DNA of 63,738 nt, counting the filler. It is 5 parts of 5 records of this genome, joined end to end, with 100 filler letters (N's around TTAATTAATTAA, not from the genome) between each part and the next. Parts side by side here need not be neighbours in the genome. Positions count along the whole stretch, not along the records: positions 1 to 17,570 come from SRR31156797_1807; positions 17,671 to 35,050 come from SRR31156797_1813; 3 more parts are not named here. One strand, 5' to 3'. Positions 9,765 to 19,227 of this stretch are shown in pieces. The number at the start of each line of letters is the position of its first letter. Within the stretch, counting starts at the first letter, position 1. Below the pieces are notes generated by a model. It saw nothing but the letters and a program-made list of their open reading frames with translations, was not told the DNA's origin and ran no database searches. A program made the position numbers and the translations under genes.

Positions 9765-10637
9765 TTACTCTTTAACTCCACCAACAAGCATACCTTTATT
9801 AAAGTATTTTTGAATAAATGGATAGATAATTACTACAGGTATAATAGCCAGTACGATAATTGCGTATACTAATGTTTCCGGTGAATGTGCTGCTGACATT
9901 GCAATATCCATTGTCTCATCACCAAGTTCTGTTTCAACGATCATCTTTTTCAGATAAACTTGCAAAGGTACTTTTCCTTCATCTGTAAGAAGGATCATTG
10001 CCCAGAAATATCCGTTCCATCTAGCGATTCCGTAGAATAATGCGATAGTAGTAATAGCCGGTTTTGATAAAGGTATAAATACATTTTTAAGAATTTGCCA
10101 TTCGTTAGCTCCATCGATTCTAGCTGCTTCTTCCAGCGATACAGGGATACTCTCGAAATAGTTTCTTAATAAGATAATATTAAATGCTGTACAAGCGAAA
10201 CCTAATAGGATACCAACTCTTGAATTTAACAGGTGTAAACTTCTGAAGTTAAGATACATAGGGATCATTCCTGCTTTAAACCACATTGTAAATGCGATCA
10301 TCATGTTGAAAAATTTTCTACCATATAATCTTTTTTTAGATAATGCATAAGCTCCGGTAATAGAGAAAAATAAACTTGTTATTACTCCGAAGATTGTATA
10401 AAAGAAAGTATTACCATAAGCAATCCATAATTTTTTATCAAATACAATATTTGCATAAGCACTAAAGTTAATATCTTTTGGGAAGATAATTACCTCTCCC
10501 GCACCTACTGCTGCTCCTGAACTAATTGATGAAGAAACTACGTAGATAAAAGGGTATAATGTTGAAAGTGCAAACAGTCCAAGTAGGACAGCGTTGATGT
10601 GCCCGAAAAATCTTTCACCTCTTGAATATAATTCCAT
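9765..10637 (-). CDS. Carbohydrate ABC transporter permease (AlgM2-like)
   Basis: EAA loop SLEEAARIDGANE; six TM segments. Confidence 0.9.
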   Translation of the reverse strand: MELYSRGERFFGHINAVLLGLFALSTLYPFIYVVSSSISSGAAVGAGEVIIFPKDINFSAYANIVFDKKLWIAYGNTFFYTIFGVITSLFFSITGAYALSKKRLYGRKFFNMMIAFTMWFKAGMIPMYLNFRSLHLLNSRVGILLGFACTAFNIILLRNYFESIPVSLEEAARIDGANEWQILKNVFIPLSKPAITTIALFYGIARWNGYFWAMILLTDEGKVPLQVYLKKMIVETELGDETMDIAMSAAHSPETLVYAIIVLAIIPVVIIYPFIQKYFNKGMLVGGVKE

Positions 10638-10651
10638 TTTTTAATTACCTC

Positions 10652-11644
10652 CTACCATAATGATGTTTCTGTCAATTTTTTACTAATTTTATTTGCCGAG
10701 TATACTAGAACGAATGCGATAAGCGCGTTGAATAATCCAACTGCTGTTGCAAGATCATATCTAGCTCCCTGAATACCGATACGATAGATATATGTACTAA
10801 GTACATCTGCTGTTTCGTATGTAGATGGTTGATATAATAATATGATTAACTCATATCCAACTTCTAATAATTTACCGATTCTGATTACCAGCATAATAAC
10901 TATAGTTGGTAAGATACCGGGAATAGTTACGTATATAATTTGTTGGAATCTATTTGCACCATCAAGTTTCGCTGCTTCATATAGAGAAGGGTTGATACCT
11001 GAGATAGATGCTAAATAAACGATTGATCCAAATCCAGCTTCTTTCCAAATGTTTGAACCGATGAAGATTGTTCTAAACCATTTTGGTAAAGTTAGGAAGT
11101 AAACACTTTCTAAACCAATCTTTTGTAATAATACATTGATGATACCAGTTGACGGTGCAAGAAAGTTTGTAATAATTCCGGCTACAACTACAACGGATAT
11201 AAAATGTGGAAGGTATGTAATTGTTTGTACTGCTTTTCTGTACATTCCGTCTTTAAGTTCCTTAAACATCAGTGCAAGGATGATAGGAATAGGGAATCCT
11301 ACAACTAAGCTGTAAAAACTGATTAAGAAAGTGTTTCTTAAATTTCTAAAGAAGTATGGACTTCCGATAAAATCCTTAAAGTTTGCTAATCCCACCCATG
11401 GACTTCCGCTAATTCCTTTAAATAGTGAGAATTTCTTAAATGCGATTTGTAAACCGTACATTGGTTTGTAAAGAAATACAATGTACCAAATTACCATTGG
11501 TAGAACTAATAGATATAACATCCAATCTTTCTTTAATGCTGCGATTATTGCGTTGACCTTATTTTTGCTTTTGTCTGAAGATAGAAGCGAAGGCGATAAC
11601 CAATCTTTTTTTGCTGTAACTGATTTAGATTGATTTGTTTTCAT
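10652..11644 (-). CDS. Carbohydrate ABC transporter permease (AlgM1/LplB-like)
   Basis: SPWVGLANF, YLPHFIS and EAA loop LYEAAKLDGA. Confidence 0.9.
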   Translation of the reverse strand: MKTNQSKSVTAKKDWLSPSLLSSDKSKNKVNAIIAALKKDWMLYLLVLPMVIWYIVFLYKPMYGLQIAFKKFSLFKGISGSPWVGLANFKDFIGSPYFFRNLRNTFLISFYSLVVGFPIPIILALMFKELKDGMYRKAVQTITYLPHFISVVVVAGIITNFLAPSTGIINVLLQKIGLESVYFLTLPKWFRTIFIGSNIWKEAGFGSIVYLASISGINPSLYEAAKLDGANRFQQIIYVTIPGILPTIVIMLVIRIGKLLEVGYELIILLYQPSTYETADVLSTYIYRIGIQGARYDLATAVGLFNALIAFVLVYSANKISKKLTETSLW

Positions 11645-11910
11645 TTTTTTTCCTCCTTAAAATTTCATATTATCCCTTTGGGAAGTAAACTATTGTGACA
11701 TGTTTAAAAAGTAATAAAGTTTAATTTTATAAAAGTATTAAAAGTTAAAACTTTTTTTAAAACTTCTCTGCTTAACTTATGTAATATAAATTTTGTAAGT
11801 TTAAAGCTTTTTTATTTCGTATTCAGATCTGAATGTTTTGTTGTCAATCAGAGTGTACTGTAAATCGTACTATTTGTACATACTTGATATTTAATGTGCA
11901 TTATTTAAGC

Positions 11911-11937
11911 AAAAAAAGAGCCCAAACGGGCTCTTTT
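11911..11937 (-). terminator. Rho-independent terminator after the AraC regulator
   Basis: AAAAGAGCCC-aaac-GGGCTCTTTT, with a U7 tail on the minus strand. Confidence 0.8.
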
Positions 11938-11971
11938 AGATTAAAAATCATGTATTTAATTATTTGTGATG

Positions 11972-13981
11972 CTATTTTATGAACTTTCCTGGAGAGACAC
12001 CTTTTATCTTCTTAAAGTTATTGATAAAGGTGTTTGTGTTAATATATCCAACCATTAGAGCAAGATCCTTGATTTTTACACTATCATCATTTTTTAATAT
12101 TTCTACTGCTCTGTTTATACGGTATCTGTTTAGGTGTTGATTGAAATTCTCTCCTAAAACTTTTTTGTGCAAATTACTTGCATATTGTAAACTTACTCCT
12201 AAATGCTCTGCCAAATCAAGTAAAGATATATCTTCTGTGTAATGTTTATCAATAAATACTAAGATTTTCTCTGATACAAGCACATCTTGTGTATTTTTAG
12301 TTTGCTCAGGAGGAGCTTCAGGCAAGAACTCTTTTAATATACTATATAGTGATTTTGCTAGCTTCTCAGGCTTGTTAATATCGAAGAATTCATCTTGATA
12401 CTTATTGATCTCTTCATTATCAAGTCTTTTTAATGAGTTAAACAGTAATATCTTAAATGTTTCAAATACTTTTGTATTGATTTTTCTTTCTACAAAATTT
12501 TCGTTAAAGATCTCATTTAATATTGATTTTGCACCTTGGAAATTACCTTTTAGATATTTATTAATCCATTTTTGTTCAAGTTCTATAGGATAATAATATG
12601 TTTTACCTTTATATTTGCTTACATCATCTTCGTTTACTATTACATATTTATCTAACATGAATCTATAATCGAGATTTTTATAAAAATATGAGTATGAATT
12701 ATACAGATGTCCTTCGGTAAATACATTTTTACTGTAGAAACCAACAGCTTCTAAGCTATATTTAGCATAAAACTCAGCTAAGAGCTCTATTAGTTCCTCT
12801 TTTGGAATCGCTGCTGTAGATTTCATAATGATCATATACAGCGTATTATCAACATTTATTACTGTTGAATTAGGAAGTGCCTTTTGCAGTTCACCTTTTA
12901 TAATAAATAAACTCTCACTAAACTCTGCAGAGTTAAAGTTTAAAATACATGCCTTAAATTGTCCTTTAAGAATATCTTTTTTATCATTAACTGTATTTCT
13001 CGGTATAGAGCCGTGTATATGATCACGGATTCTTTTCTCTTTTAGGGATTGTTCCATATAATCTACTTTATCTTTCAGGTTATTGTTTTGTGATTTCAAT
13101 TGATCAAAGTAGTTAACTATATATTCGATTTCTCCCTCTTCTGATTCATCTTCTATCTCTATATTGCTAAACAGCTCAGAAATCGAACCGTAATATTTAT
13201 TAAAGAATTTATTAATAAATAATCTAATTAAAAATACTGATAATAATATAGGAATTGCTATATATAGGATTACTATATTTAATATCCATTTAGTAGAGAG
13301 AGGTTTCTCTCTAAAAGAAAATCCAAGTCCTAATTCATTGTCAAATATAGAAAAAGTGTTCACATCAATCGGTGCCGGCTTAAGATTATGAATATCGTAT
13401 GATTTATCACCGATATCAAAATACCATTCTCCTAATTCAGAATTTACAAGTTCACTAAGGAACTCTTCTCCTACAGTGAATACATAATGTACCTTACTTC
13501 TACCTCTTAATGTAAAGAGAAGGTTTTTATCACTTGTTGCAACTCTGTTTTCAGTTTTCAAATCTTCTGTTTTTAAGTTATATTTGTTTAACAATTCATC
13601 GAGATCATAACTTTCAGCGTTATTAACTCCTTTATTATGTTCAACAAATGCCAGATCAACGTGGGCTCCTATGGATAGAGCTATAAAGTAGTTACTTCGT
13701 AACTCTCTCTGTGCAATTAGGAGATCATGATAGACACTCCGCTGTTTTTGCTGCGGATTAATTTTTCTTATTGAACCATCAAGTGTGTAGATTAAAAATT
13801 TAATCGTAGTAAATTTTTTCTGAGCCTTTTTTCGTGACTCATTTTCGAATTGTTCCAGTATCTTTTTTTGAAGTTCCTTTCCTTCGTTAATTTTTGAGAT
13901 TCCATTATATGTAAAAAACACGATTGAGATACCCATCAAACCGAATATAATGTATCTTTTGGTTTTTTCTAAAAATACCAT
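11972..13981 (-). CDS. Membrane-anchored AraC-family transcriptional regulator
   Basis: Two TM segments flanking an extracytoplasmic domain; YYPIELE motif; C-terminal AraC HTH (LALMVGYINTNTFINNFKKIKGVSPGKF). Confidence 0.85.
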   Translation of the reverse strand: MVFLEKTKRYIIFGLMGISIVFFTYNGISKINEGKELQKKILEQFENESRKKAQKKFTTIKFLIYTLDGSIRKINPQQKQRSVYHDLLIAQRELRSNYFIALSIGAHVDLAFVEHNKGVNNAESYDLDELLNKYNLKTEDLKTENRVATSDKNLLFTLRGRSKVHYVFTVGEEFLSELVNSELGEWYFDIGDKSYDIHNLKPAPIDVNTFSIFDNELGLGFSFREKPLSTKWILNIVILYIAIPILLSVFLIRLFINKFFNKYYGSISELFSNIEIEDESEEGEIEYIVNYFDQLKSQNNNLKDKVDYMEQSLKEKRIRDHIHGSIPRNTVNDKKDILKGQFKACILNFNSAEFSESLFIIKGELQKALPNSTVINVDNTLYMIIMKSTAAIPKEELIELLAEFYAKYSLEAVGFYSKNVFTEGHLYNSYSYFYKNLDYRFMLDKYVIVNEDDVSKYKGKTYYYPIELEQKWINKYLKGNFQGAKSILNEIFNENFVERKINTKVFETFKILLFNSLKRLDNEEINKYQDEFFDINKPEKLAKSLYSILKEFLPEAPPEQTKNTQDVLVSEKILVFIDKHYTEDISLLDLAEHLGVSLQYASNLHKKVLGENFNQHLNRYRINRAVEILKNDDSVKIKDLALMVGYINTNTFINNFKKIKGVSPGKFIK

Positions 13982-14395
13982 TTGCCACCTCCAGAGTAAA
14001 ATAATGCTATTTAAATAATTGATTTGTAATAATTATACTCTAATTTATACATTATGCAAAACCGATATCCTTTATAAATCATTAAATTTAAGCATCTTTT
14101 ATCAATATCTATTATTTAAACTATGAACTTAGATTTAACGATATCAATGAAATCAGAACATGAGGATAAAGCAATATTAAAATAACGTGATTAAAAATTA
14201 GTGATTATATATTGTGTATCTTTTGATTTTTTATGTCTAATTAAGCCCGAAAAAACACGCAGTGTTTTATTCTTAAAAAAAGTGTATTAAAAATGAAGGA
14301 TTTATCTATTAAACTTTGTGTGTTATATTCTGTGGTGTAGAAAGGTGAGTTGTGTTTTAAAATATCACCATTAAAAAATTCAGGAGGAAAATAAA

Positions 14396-14734
14396 ATGAT
14401 CAAAAATTATTATTACAAAGATGAAATCCAATTAGAAGAACTAAAAGAAGGATTAAGCAGAAAGATATTAGCTCATAGTGAAGATATGATGTTAGTAGAA
14501 GTTAACTTCTCAGCAGGAGTAGAGTTCGGAGATCTACATGCACATCCTGAGCATGAGCAGGTTACATATGTAAAAGCAGGAAAGTTCAAATTTACTATAG
14601 GAGATCAAAGTAAAATAGTTGGACCCGGGGATTCTGTATACATGGAAAAAGATATACCTCATGGAGCGGAATGTCTTGAAGATGGAATCTTATTAGATAT
14701 CTTTACTCCAATGAGAGCAGATTTTATTAAATAA
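14396..14734 (+). CDS. kdgF: Cupin protein KdgF (linearises unsaturated uronates)
   Basis: RKILAH, HAHPEHEQVTYV, PHG and LLDIFTPMRADF; alginate context; RBS AGGAGG. Confidence 0.85.
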   Translation: MIKNYYYKDEIQLEELKEGLSRKILAHSEDMMLVEVNFSAGVEFGDLHAHPEHEQVTYVKAGKFKFTIGDQSKIVGPGDSVYMEKDIPHGAECLEDGILLDIFTPMRADFIK

Positions 14735-14884
14735 TAATTTAAGTCTAAAAATTTTGCTAAAATGCTGATTTTACAGGCTTATAAAGATGCTGTATCAAAA
14801 ATGGCAGATTAAAAAATACAGATAAAGTTATTAGATTTATTTAGTTCACTTTAGTCTGCCATTAATATAAAACAGGAGGTATAA

Positions 14885-17527
14885 ATGAAAAGTAGATTTG
14901 GGAAAAAAGAATTTGGAAAGAAAAAGATTATATTTTTATTAATTGCAATTATGTTAGTGGTTTCCAATTTATGTTTTGCAAAAACTTCTCAAAACAGATT
15001 AACAGTTAAAAAAGTTACGGCAAGTACAGATGATGGTAATGGACCGGAGAATGCAAATGATGCTAAGCTGGATACGAGATGGTCAGGTAATGGTGACGGC
15101 GAGTGGATTAAATTTGATTTTGGATCAGAAAAAGAAGTGGATTATGTAGCATTAGCATTCTACAAAGGAGATATAAGATATACTCCAATTGATATGGAAA
15201 TATCAAATGATAATGTAACTTGGACTAAAATCTATAGTGGAAAATCAAGTACAAAATCAAAAGATATACAAAAATTTGATATTCCAAAAGTAAAGGCAAG
15301 ATATGTAAAAATAATTGGACATGGATATGTTCATTTTGATGGTTCCAAAAAAGGAACTTGGAATAGTTTAACAGAAGCGCAGTTCTACCCTTCTGATAGT
15401 ATGAAACTTGATAAAATGGCAGTTTCTGAAGGAGAAAAACCTAAAAGTGTAAGATATACAAAAGCAGGTTTCTTTAATCCTGACGGATCAGAACACATCT
15501 TAAAGGCGGCAAATAAAGTAACAGGTAAAACAATTAACGTCTTAGATTACGGAGTAGATTTAGCTGACTCAGATGTCGATGATGCGAAAGCAATTCAAAA
15601 AGCAATCAAAGCTGCTAAAAAAGGAGATGAAGTATATCTTCCAAATGGTTCTTATCAGCTTTACAGCAGAATCAAATTAGCTACAGGAGTTAATTTAAGA
15701 GGGGAAAGTAAAGAGGGAACTGTATTAATAGCGAAAAAAGATAAGAAAAAAAATAAGTATCAAACTTCTCAAATAGAAGCAGTTGCTAAGAAGAATATAT
15801 TAGTTTCTAATTTTACACTTACTTCTGACTTTGCAGGGAAATACTCTACAGATCATAAAAAGAATAATCCTGATAAAGATGGACCTAAATATCAATTTAA
15901 AATTGCTGCTTCAAGCAAAAGTGGTAATCCGTCATATGATGTAATTCTGGATAACTTAATTATTGAGAACTACAAAGTAATGGGTGTAAGAATCGAAAAA
16001 GCTCATGATATAACAGTTAGAAATACAATATTTAAAAATGCAACTGACCTTGGAGGAGGAGGAGCCGGTTATGGTATCTCGATTCAGGGAGCAGGCTATA
16101 ACGAAAACAGACTGGGATATAAAAATGATTCCAGATATAACTTAGTAGAGAACTGTACTTTCGAGGGACCTTACTTAAGACACGGGGTATTAATTCAATA
16201 TTTCTCACACAATAACGTAGTTAGAAATAATACTTTTACTAAAATTAAATTAGATGCAATTGATCTTCATGGTGAAGATGAATACTTGAATGAGATTTAC
16301 GGAAATAAAATCTATGATATCGAAACAGGAGCCGGAGTAGGAGTAGGAAACTCAGGAGCAACACATGATAAAGCCGGTAGAGGAAACTATATTCATGATA
16401 ACTTAATCTCAAATGCAAGAGAGGGTATCAAAGTTCACTTAGGTTCAGAAGATACTATCATAGAAAACAATAAAATTATTAATTCAAAAGTAATGAATGC
16501 AAAAGGAATTTATTTACAGAATGCACCTGGAACTGTAGTTAGAGGAAATATTATCAAAGATAATTTAAGTGATTATTTCTGGGGAGTAGTTCTGGAATAT
16601 GATAAAGGAACCGGAAAACCATTAAGAGGAAAAGGTATTGCAGACAGAGTAGTTATAGAAAATAATGAATTTAGCATGGTAAGTAATGGAATATTAGTAA
16701 ATGCAGGAACAAGATTAAAAATTGAAGAGAATAATTTCAACAAAGTAGCAGGAAGAAACATAGAGGATAACAGACCTGAGGATATGAAAAATTTAAAAAA
16801 ACCATCAGATCTTATCTCACTTGAAAACTGGAAAATAACACTTCCTGTTGATAAAAACTATAAAGATAGCTCAAGTGTTGCAAAAGTAGCAGATAGAGCT
16901 AAACCGGCAGTTGAAATAAAAGATGCAAATCTAATAGGTTATGAATATGCGCCATACTTCCAAGTAGTGGATGAAGGTGTAAGATTTAGAGCACATGTAG
17001 CAGGTGCTACAACTAAAGGATCAAAATATCCTAGATGTGAGCTTAGACAAAGAGTTGGCGGTGGCGATAATTACTGGTCAGTGGAGGATGAGCAAAGATT
17101 AGTAACTGAGTTTAAAGTAACTGCAGTACCAATGATGAAACCTGAACTATCTATGGTTCAAATTCACGGTCCTGAAGATGAGCCTCTAAGAGTACAGTAT
17201 CATGCTAAAAAAGGTGTGTATATTGTATGGAATGAAAAAAATAAAGATACAAAAAATGCGGTTAAATATGAGTTAGGACAAATGTTAAGAGTAGAAGTAG
17301 TAGTTAACAAAGGAATGATTACATGTAATATTGATAACTTAGATACAGGAGATAGTTATACTAAGACATGGGAATCAAGTGATAAAACAGGTTACTTCAA
17401 AGTCGGAGCATATACTCAATCATCGATGTTCCTAAATGAAATCAAAGGTGGAGCTTATAGAGATGAGCCGATTGATGCATATGGAGAAATTGTAGTTTAT
17501 AAAATTGATCTTAAAGAAACTTATTAG
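14885..17527 (+). CDS. Secreted multimodular alginate lyase: CBM32 (F5/8), right-handed beta-helix, C-terminal PL7
   Basis: Signal peptide; DTRWS/WIKFDFG/ARYVKI/WNSLTE (CBM32); NVLDYG..DDAKAIQKAI plus Asn-ladder repeats (beta-helix); RCELRQ, QIH and YFKVGAYTQ (PL7). Confidence 0.85.
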   Translation: MKSRFGKKEFGKKKIIFLLIAIMLVVSNLCFAKTSQNRLTVKKVTASTDDGNGPENANDAKLDTRWSGNGDGEWIKFDFGSEKEVDYVALAFYKGDIRYTPIDMEISNDNVTWTKIYSGKSSTKSKDIQKFDIPKVKARYVKIIGHGYVHFDGSKKGTWNSLTEAQFYPSDSMKLDKMAVSEGEKPKSVRYTKAGFFNPDGSEHILKAANKVTGKTINVLDYGVDLADSDVDDAKAIQKAIKAAKKGDEVYLPNGSYQLYSRIKLATGVNLRGESKEGTVLIAKKDKKKNKYQTSQIEAVAKKNILVSNFTLTSDFAGKYSTDHKKNNPDKDGPKYQFKIAASSKSGNPSYDVILDNLIIENYKVMGVRIEKAHDITVRNTIFKNATDLGGGGAGYGISIQGAGYNENRLGYKNDSRYNLVENCTFEGPYLRHGVLIQYFSHNNVVRNNTFTKIKLDAIDLHGEDEYLNEIYGNKIYDIETGAGVGVGNSGATHDKAGRGNYIHDNLISNAREGIKVHLGSEDTIIENNKIINSKVMNAKGIYLQNAPGTVVRGNIIKDNLSDYFWGVVLEYDKGTGKPLRGKGIADRVVIENNEFSMVSNGILVNAGTRLKIEENNFNKVAGRNIEDNRPEDMKNLKKPSDLISLENWKITLPVDKNYKDSSSVAKVADRAKPAVEIKDANLIGYEYAPYFQVVDEGVRFRAHVAGATTKGSKYPRCELRQRVGGGDNYWSVEDEQRLVTEFKVTAVPMMKPELSMVQIHGPEDEPLRVQYHAKKGVYIVWNEKNKDTKNAVKYELGQMLRVEVVVNKGMITCNIDNLDTGDSYTKTWESSDKTGYFKVGAYTQSSMFLNEIKGGAYRDEPIDAYGEIVVYKIDLKETY

Positions 17528-17570
17528 TTTTAAATTAGCATTTACTATATAAATTTTAATTAGTTTCTTA

Positions 17571-17670
17571 NNNNNNNNNNNNNNNNNNNNNNNNNNNNNN
17601 NNNNNNNNNNNNNNTTAATTAATTAANNNNNNNNNNNNNNNNNNNNNNNNNNNNNNNNNNNNNNNNNNNN
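17571..17670. other. Artificial contig spacer
   Basis: N-run with central TTAATTAATTAA (stops in all six frames), 100 nt. Confidence 0.98.
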
Positions 17671-17695
17671 GAACCGGTGACCTCATGACTGCCAG
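17671..17695 (-). mobile_element. att core of an integrative element: 3' fragment of tRNA-Ala(GGC)
   Basis: Minus strand reads CTGGCAG TCATG AGGTC ACCGG TTC (anticodon loop with GGC, 3' anticodon stem, variable loop, T-stem, TTC); the 5' half of the tRNA is absent. Confidence 0.75.
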
Positions 17696-17699
17696 ATAT

Positions 17700-17841
17700 T
17701 GCATCTATTTGCAGTGAGTGTCTAACTCCGTATTTACTGCTTCTAAGCACGTTTTTTGCGTAATTTCACTCTGCAACTACTGCATTCTCTGCATCTATCG
17801 CAACTACTGCATCTACTTTATGTTAGATGGATGTTAGATGG
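17700..17841. repeat. Short direct repeats next to the att core (candidate integrase arm/RDF sites)
   Basis: GCAACTACTGCAT x2 (17773, 17800), TGCATCTA x3, tandem ATGTTAGATGG x2 (17820-17841). Confidence 0.65.
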
Positions 17842-18208
17842 TTATCAAATACATAACATATAAATCGCATAAGAAATCTTATTATAAGTTCAATGTTACT
17901 ATGTTACCTAAGTAAACACTATAATTTTTATTTGCAACTTTGTAACCAATAAAAATAATTTATAATGCAGACAGTATAGAAGTATATTGCAGAATTCTTC
18001 TATAAAATAACTATTAAAATCTGGCATATGACTTTTGAGAACAATATCTGATTCCAACTTAACGATCTATATAGTTTCAATCCATACCCCTTAACTTATT
18101 AGCTTCAAGTTTGTTTCTGAATTATAGACTAAAAGCCTATTATCTGGTTTTTATTTAAGTTTCTTACATGCCTTATATGCCAATAAGTTAGCACCACGTT
18201 TATTTAGC

Positions 18209-18553
18209 CTACCCTTGATCTATCTTCTCTACCTCACTATCATTATAACTTGGTAAGTCAGTAATCATATCAAACCCTAAGCCTAAGCATTTTATAGCCC
18301 TATTCGGCTCTTTCCGATACCAATCAAGAAATAAATACGCTGAAATTGGATTCATTTTGTACGATTCGATCATCATTTCTATATCCACCATATCCTCAGA
18401 TATGTTTTTTATATTATATGACTTTATGTACTCCTCTATAGCTTCTAAGATATCATCATCGCAGTTAGCAATGTCCTCTGTCGTTTTCTTCAGAGTTTTC
18501 CTATCATACCCTAATTCCTTAAGGTGTCTATTTAGATTTCTATTATTTTTCAT
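18209..18553 (-). CDS. Small hypothetical protein, candidate inhibitor/immunity partner of the upstream peptidase
   Basis: 114 aa, RBS GGAGGT, motif MNPISAYLFLDWYRKEP; 19 nt after the peptidase gene. Confidence 0.7.
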   Translation of the reverse strand: MKNNRNLNRHLKELGYDRKTLKKTTEDIANCDDDILEAIEEYIKSYNIKNISEDMVDIEMMIESYKMNPISAYLFLDWYRKEPNRAIKCLGLGFDMITDLPSYNDSEVEKIDQG

Positions 18554-18572
18554 TTTTTACCTCCATAACTCA

Positions 18573-19226
18573 TTAAAGAACATTCACTATAGATAGAGCA
18601 AAGCATCTTGCATCACTCTCCAAAGGTTGTTCGAAATATAATCTAGGATTCAAATCATACCTTATATAATTATAAAAATTCTTTCGCCAAGCAGATACTA
18701 TATCACTATCAATATCATATCTATTAGGGTTTTTTATAACTTCTTTTTGATATGCATGCCTTAACTCATGCAACAATGTATCAAGAACTTCCTTCGCTTC
18801 TAACCTAGTCATAGGAGAATGCAGCACGTGATATGCATCAATACAAATACTGCTATCTGAAAAACTGAAATAACCATATATGCCTTCTAGTTTAGCTACT
18901 ACGATTCGATTTACCTCAATGCATAGTGTTTGACTCGTACCAGTTATTATTTGTACAATAGCACGTTCTCTATCCTCTGGAGATAAATTGGCAAATCTCT
19001 TCAAAGGGTCATCTCCTAATACTTCATAAACGAGATTTGTGCATTCATCTGTTAAATCTTCATCCCTTATTATAAGTTCTTCAGCTATTTCTTCCTCTGC
19101 AAAGACAATTTCTTCATACATATCACCTAAAAACTGCTTTATATTATTAACTATAACATGAACTGCAGTAATAAATTTATTTATTTGGGATTTAATGCCA
19201 GATTTTATATGTGTTATTACAGACAT
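18573..19226 (-). CDS. HEXXH zinc metallopeptidase (zincin) with an N-terminal amphipathic helix
   Basis: DTLLHELRHAYQ plus downstream YFEQPLESDAR (candidate third ligand Glu). Confidence 0.75.
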   Translation of the reverse strand: MSVITHIKSGIKSQINKFITAVHVIVNNIKQFLGDMYEEIVFAEEEIAEELIIRDEDLTDECTNLVYEVLGDDPLKRFANLSPEDRERAIVQIITGTSQTLCIEVNRIVVAKLEGIYGYFSFSDSSICIDAYHVLHSPMTRLEAKEVLDTLLHELRHAYQKEVIKNPNRYDIDSDIVSAWRKNFYNYIRYDLNPRLYFEQPLESDARCFALSIVNVL

Positions 19227-19227
19227 A

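Noticed and set aside
17615-17626. TTAATTAATTAA palindrome recurring four times within N-runs
   Set aside because: Synthetic six-frame-stop linker, not biological.
17671-17695. Possible intact tRNA-Ala gene
   Set aside because: The acceptor 5' strand, D-arm and 5' anticodon stem are missing; it is a fragment, treated as an att core.
17700-17841. Short repeats as a CRISPR array
   Set aside because: Units are 8-13 nt with no regular spacers, and there are no cas genes in the window.
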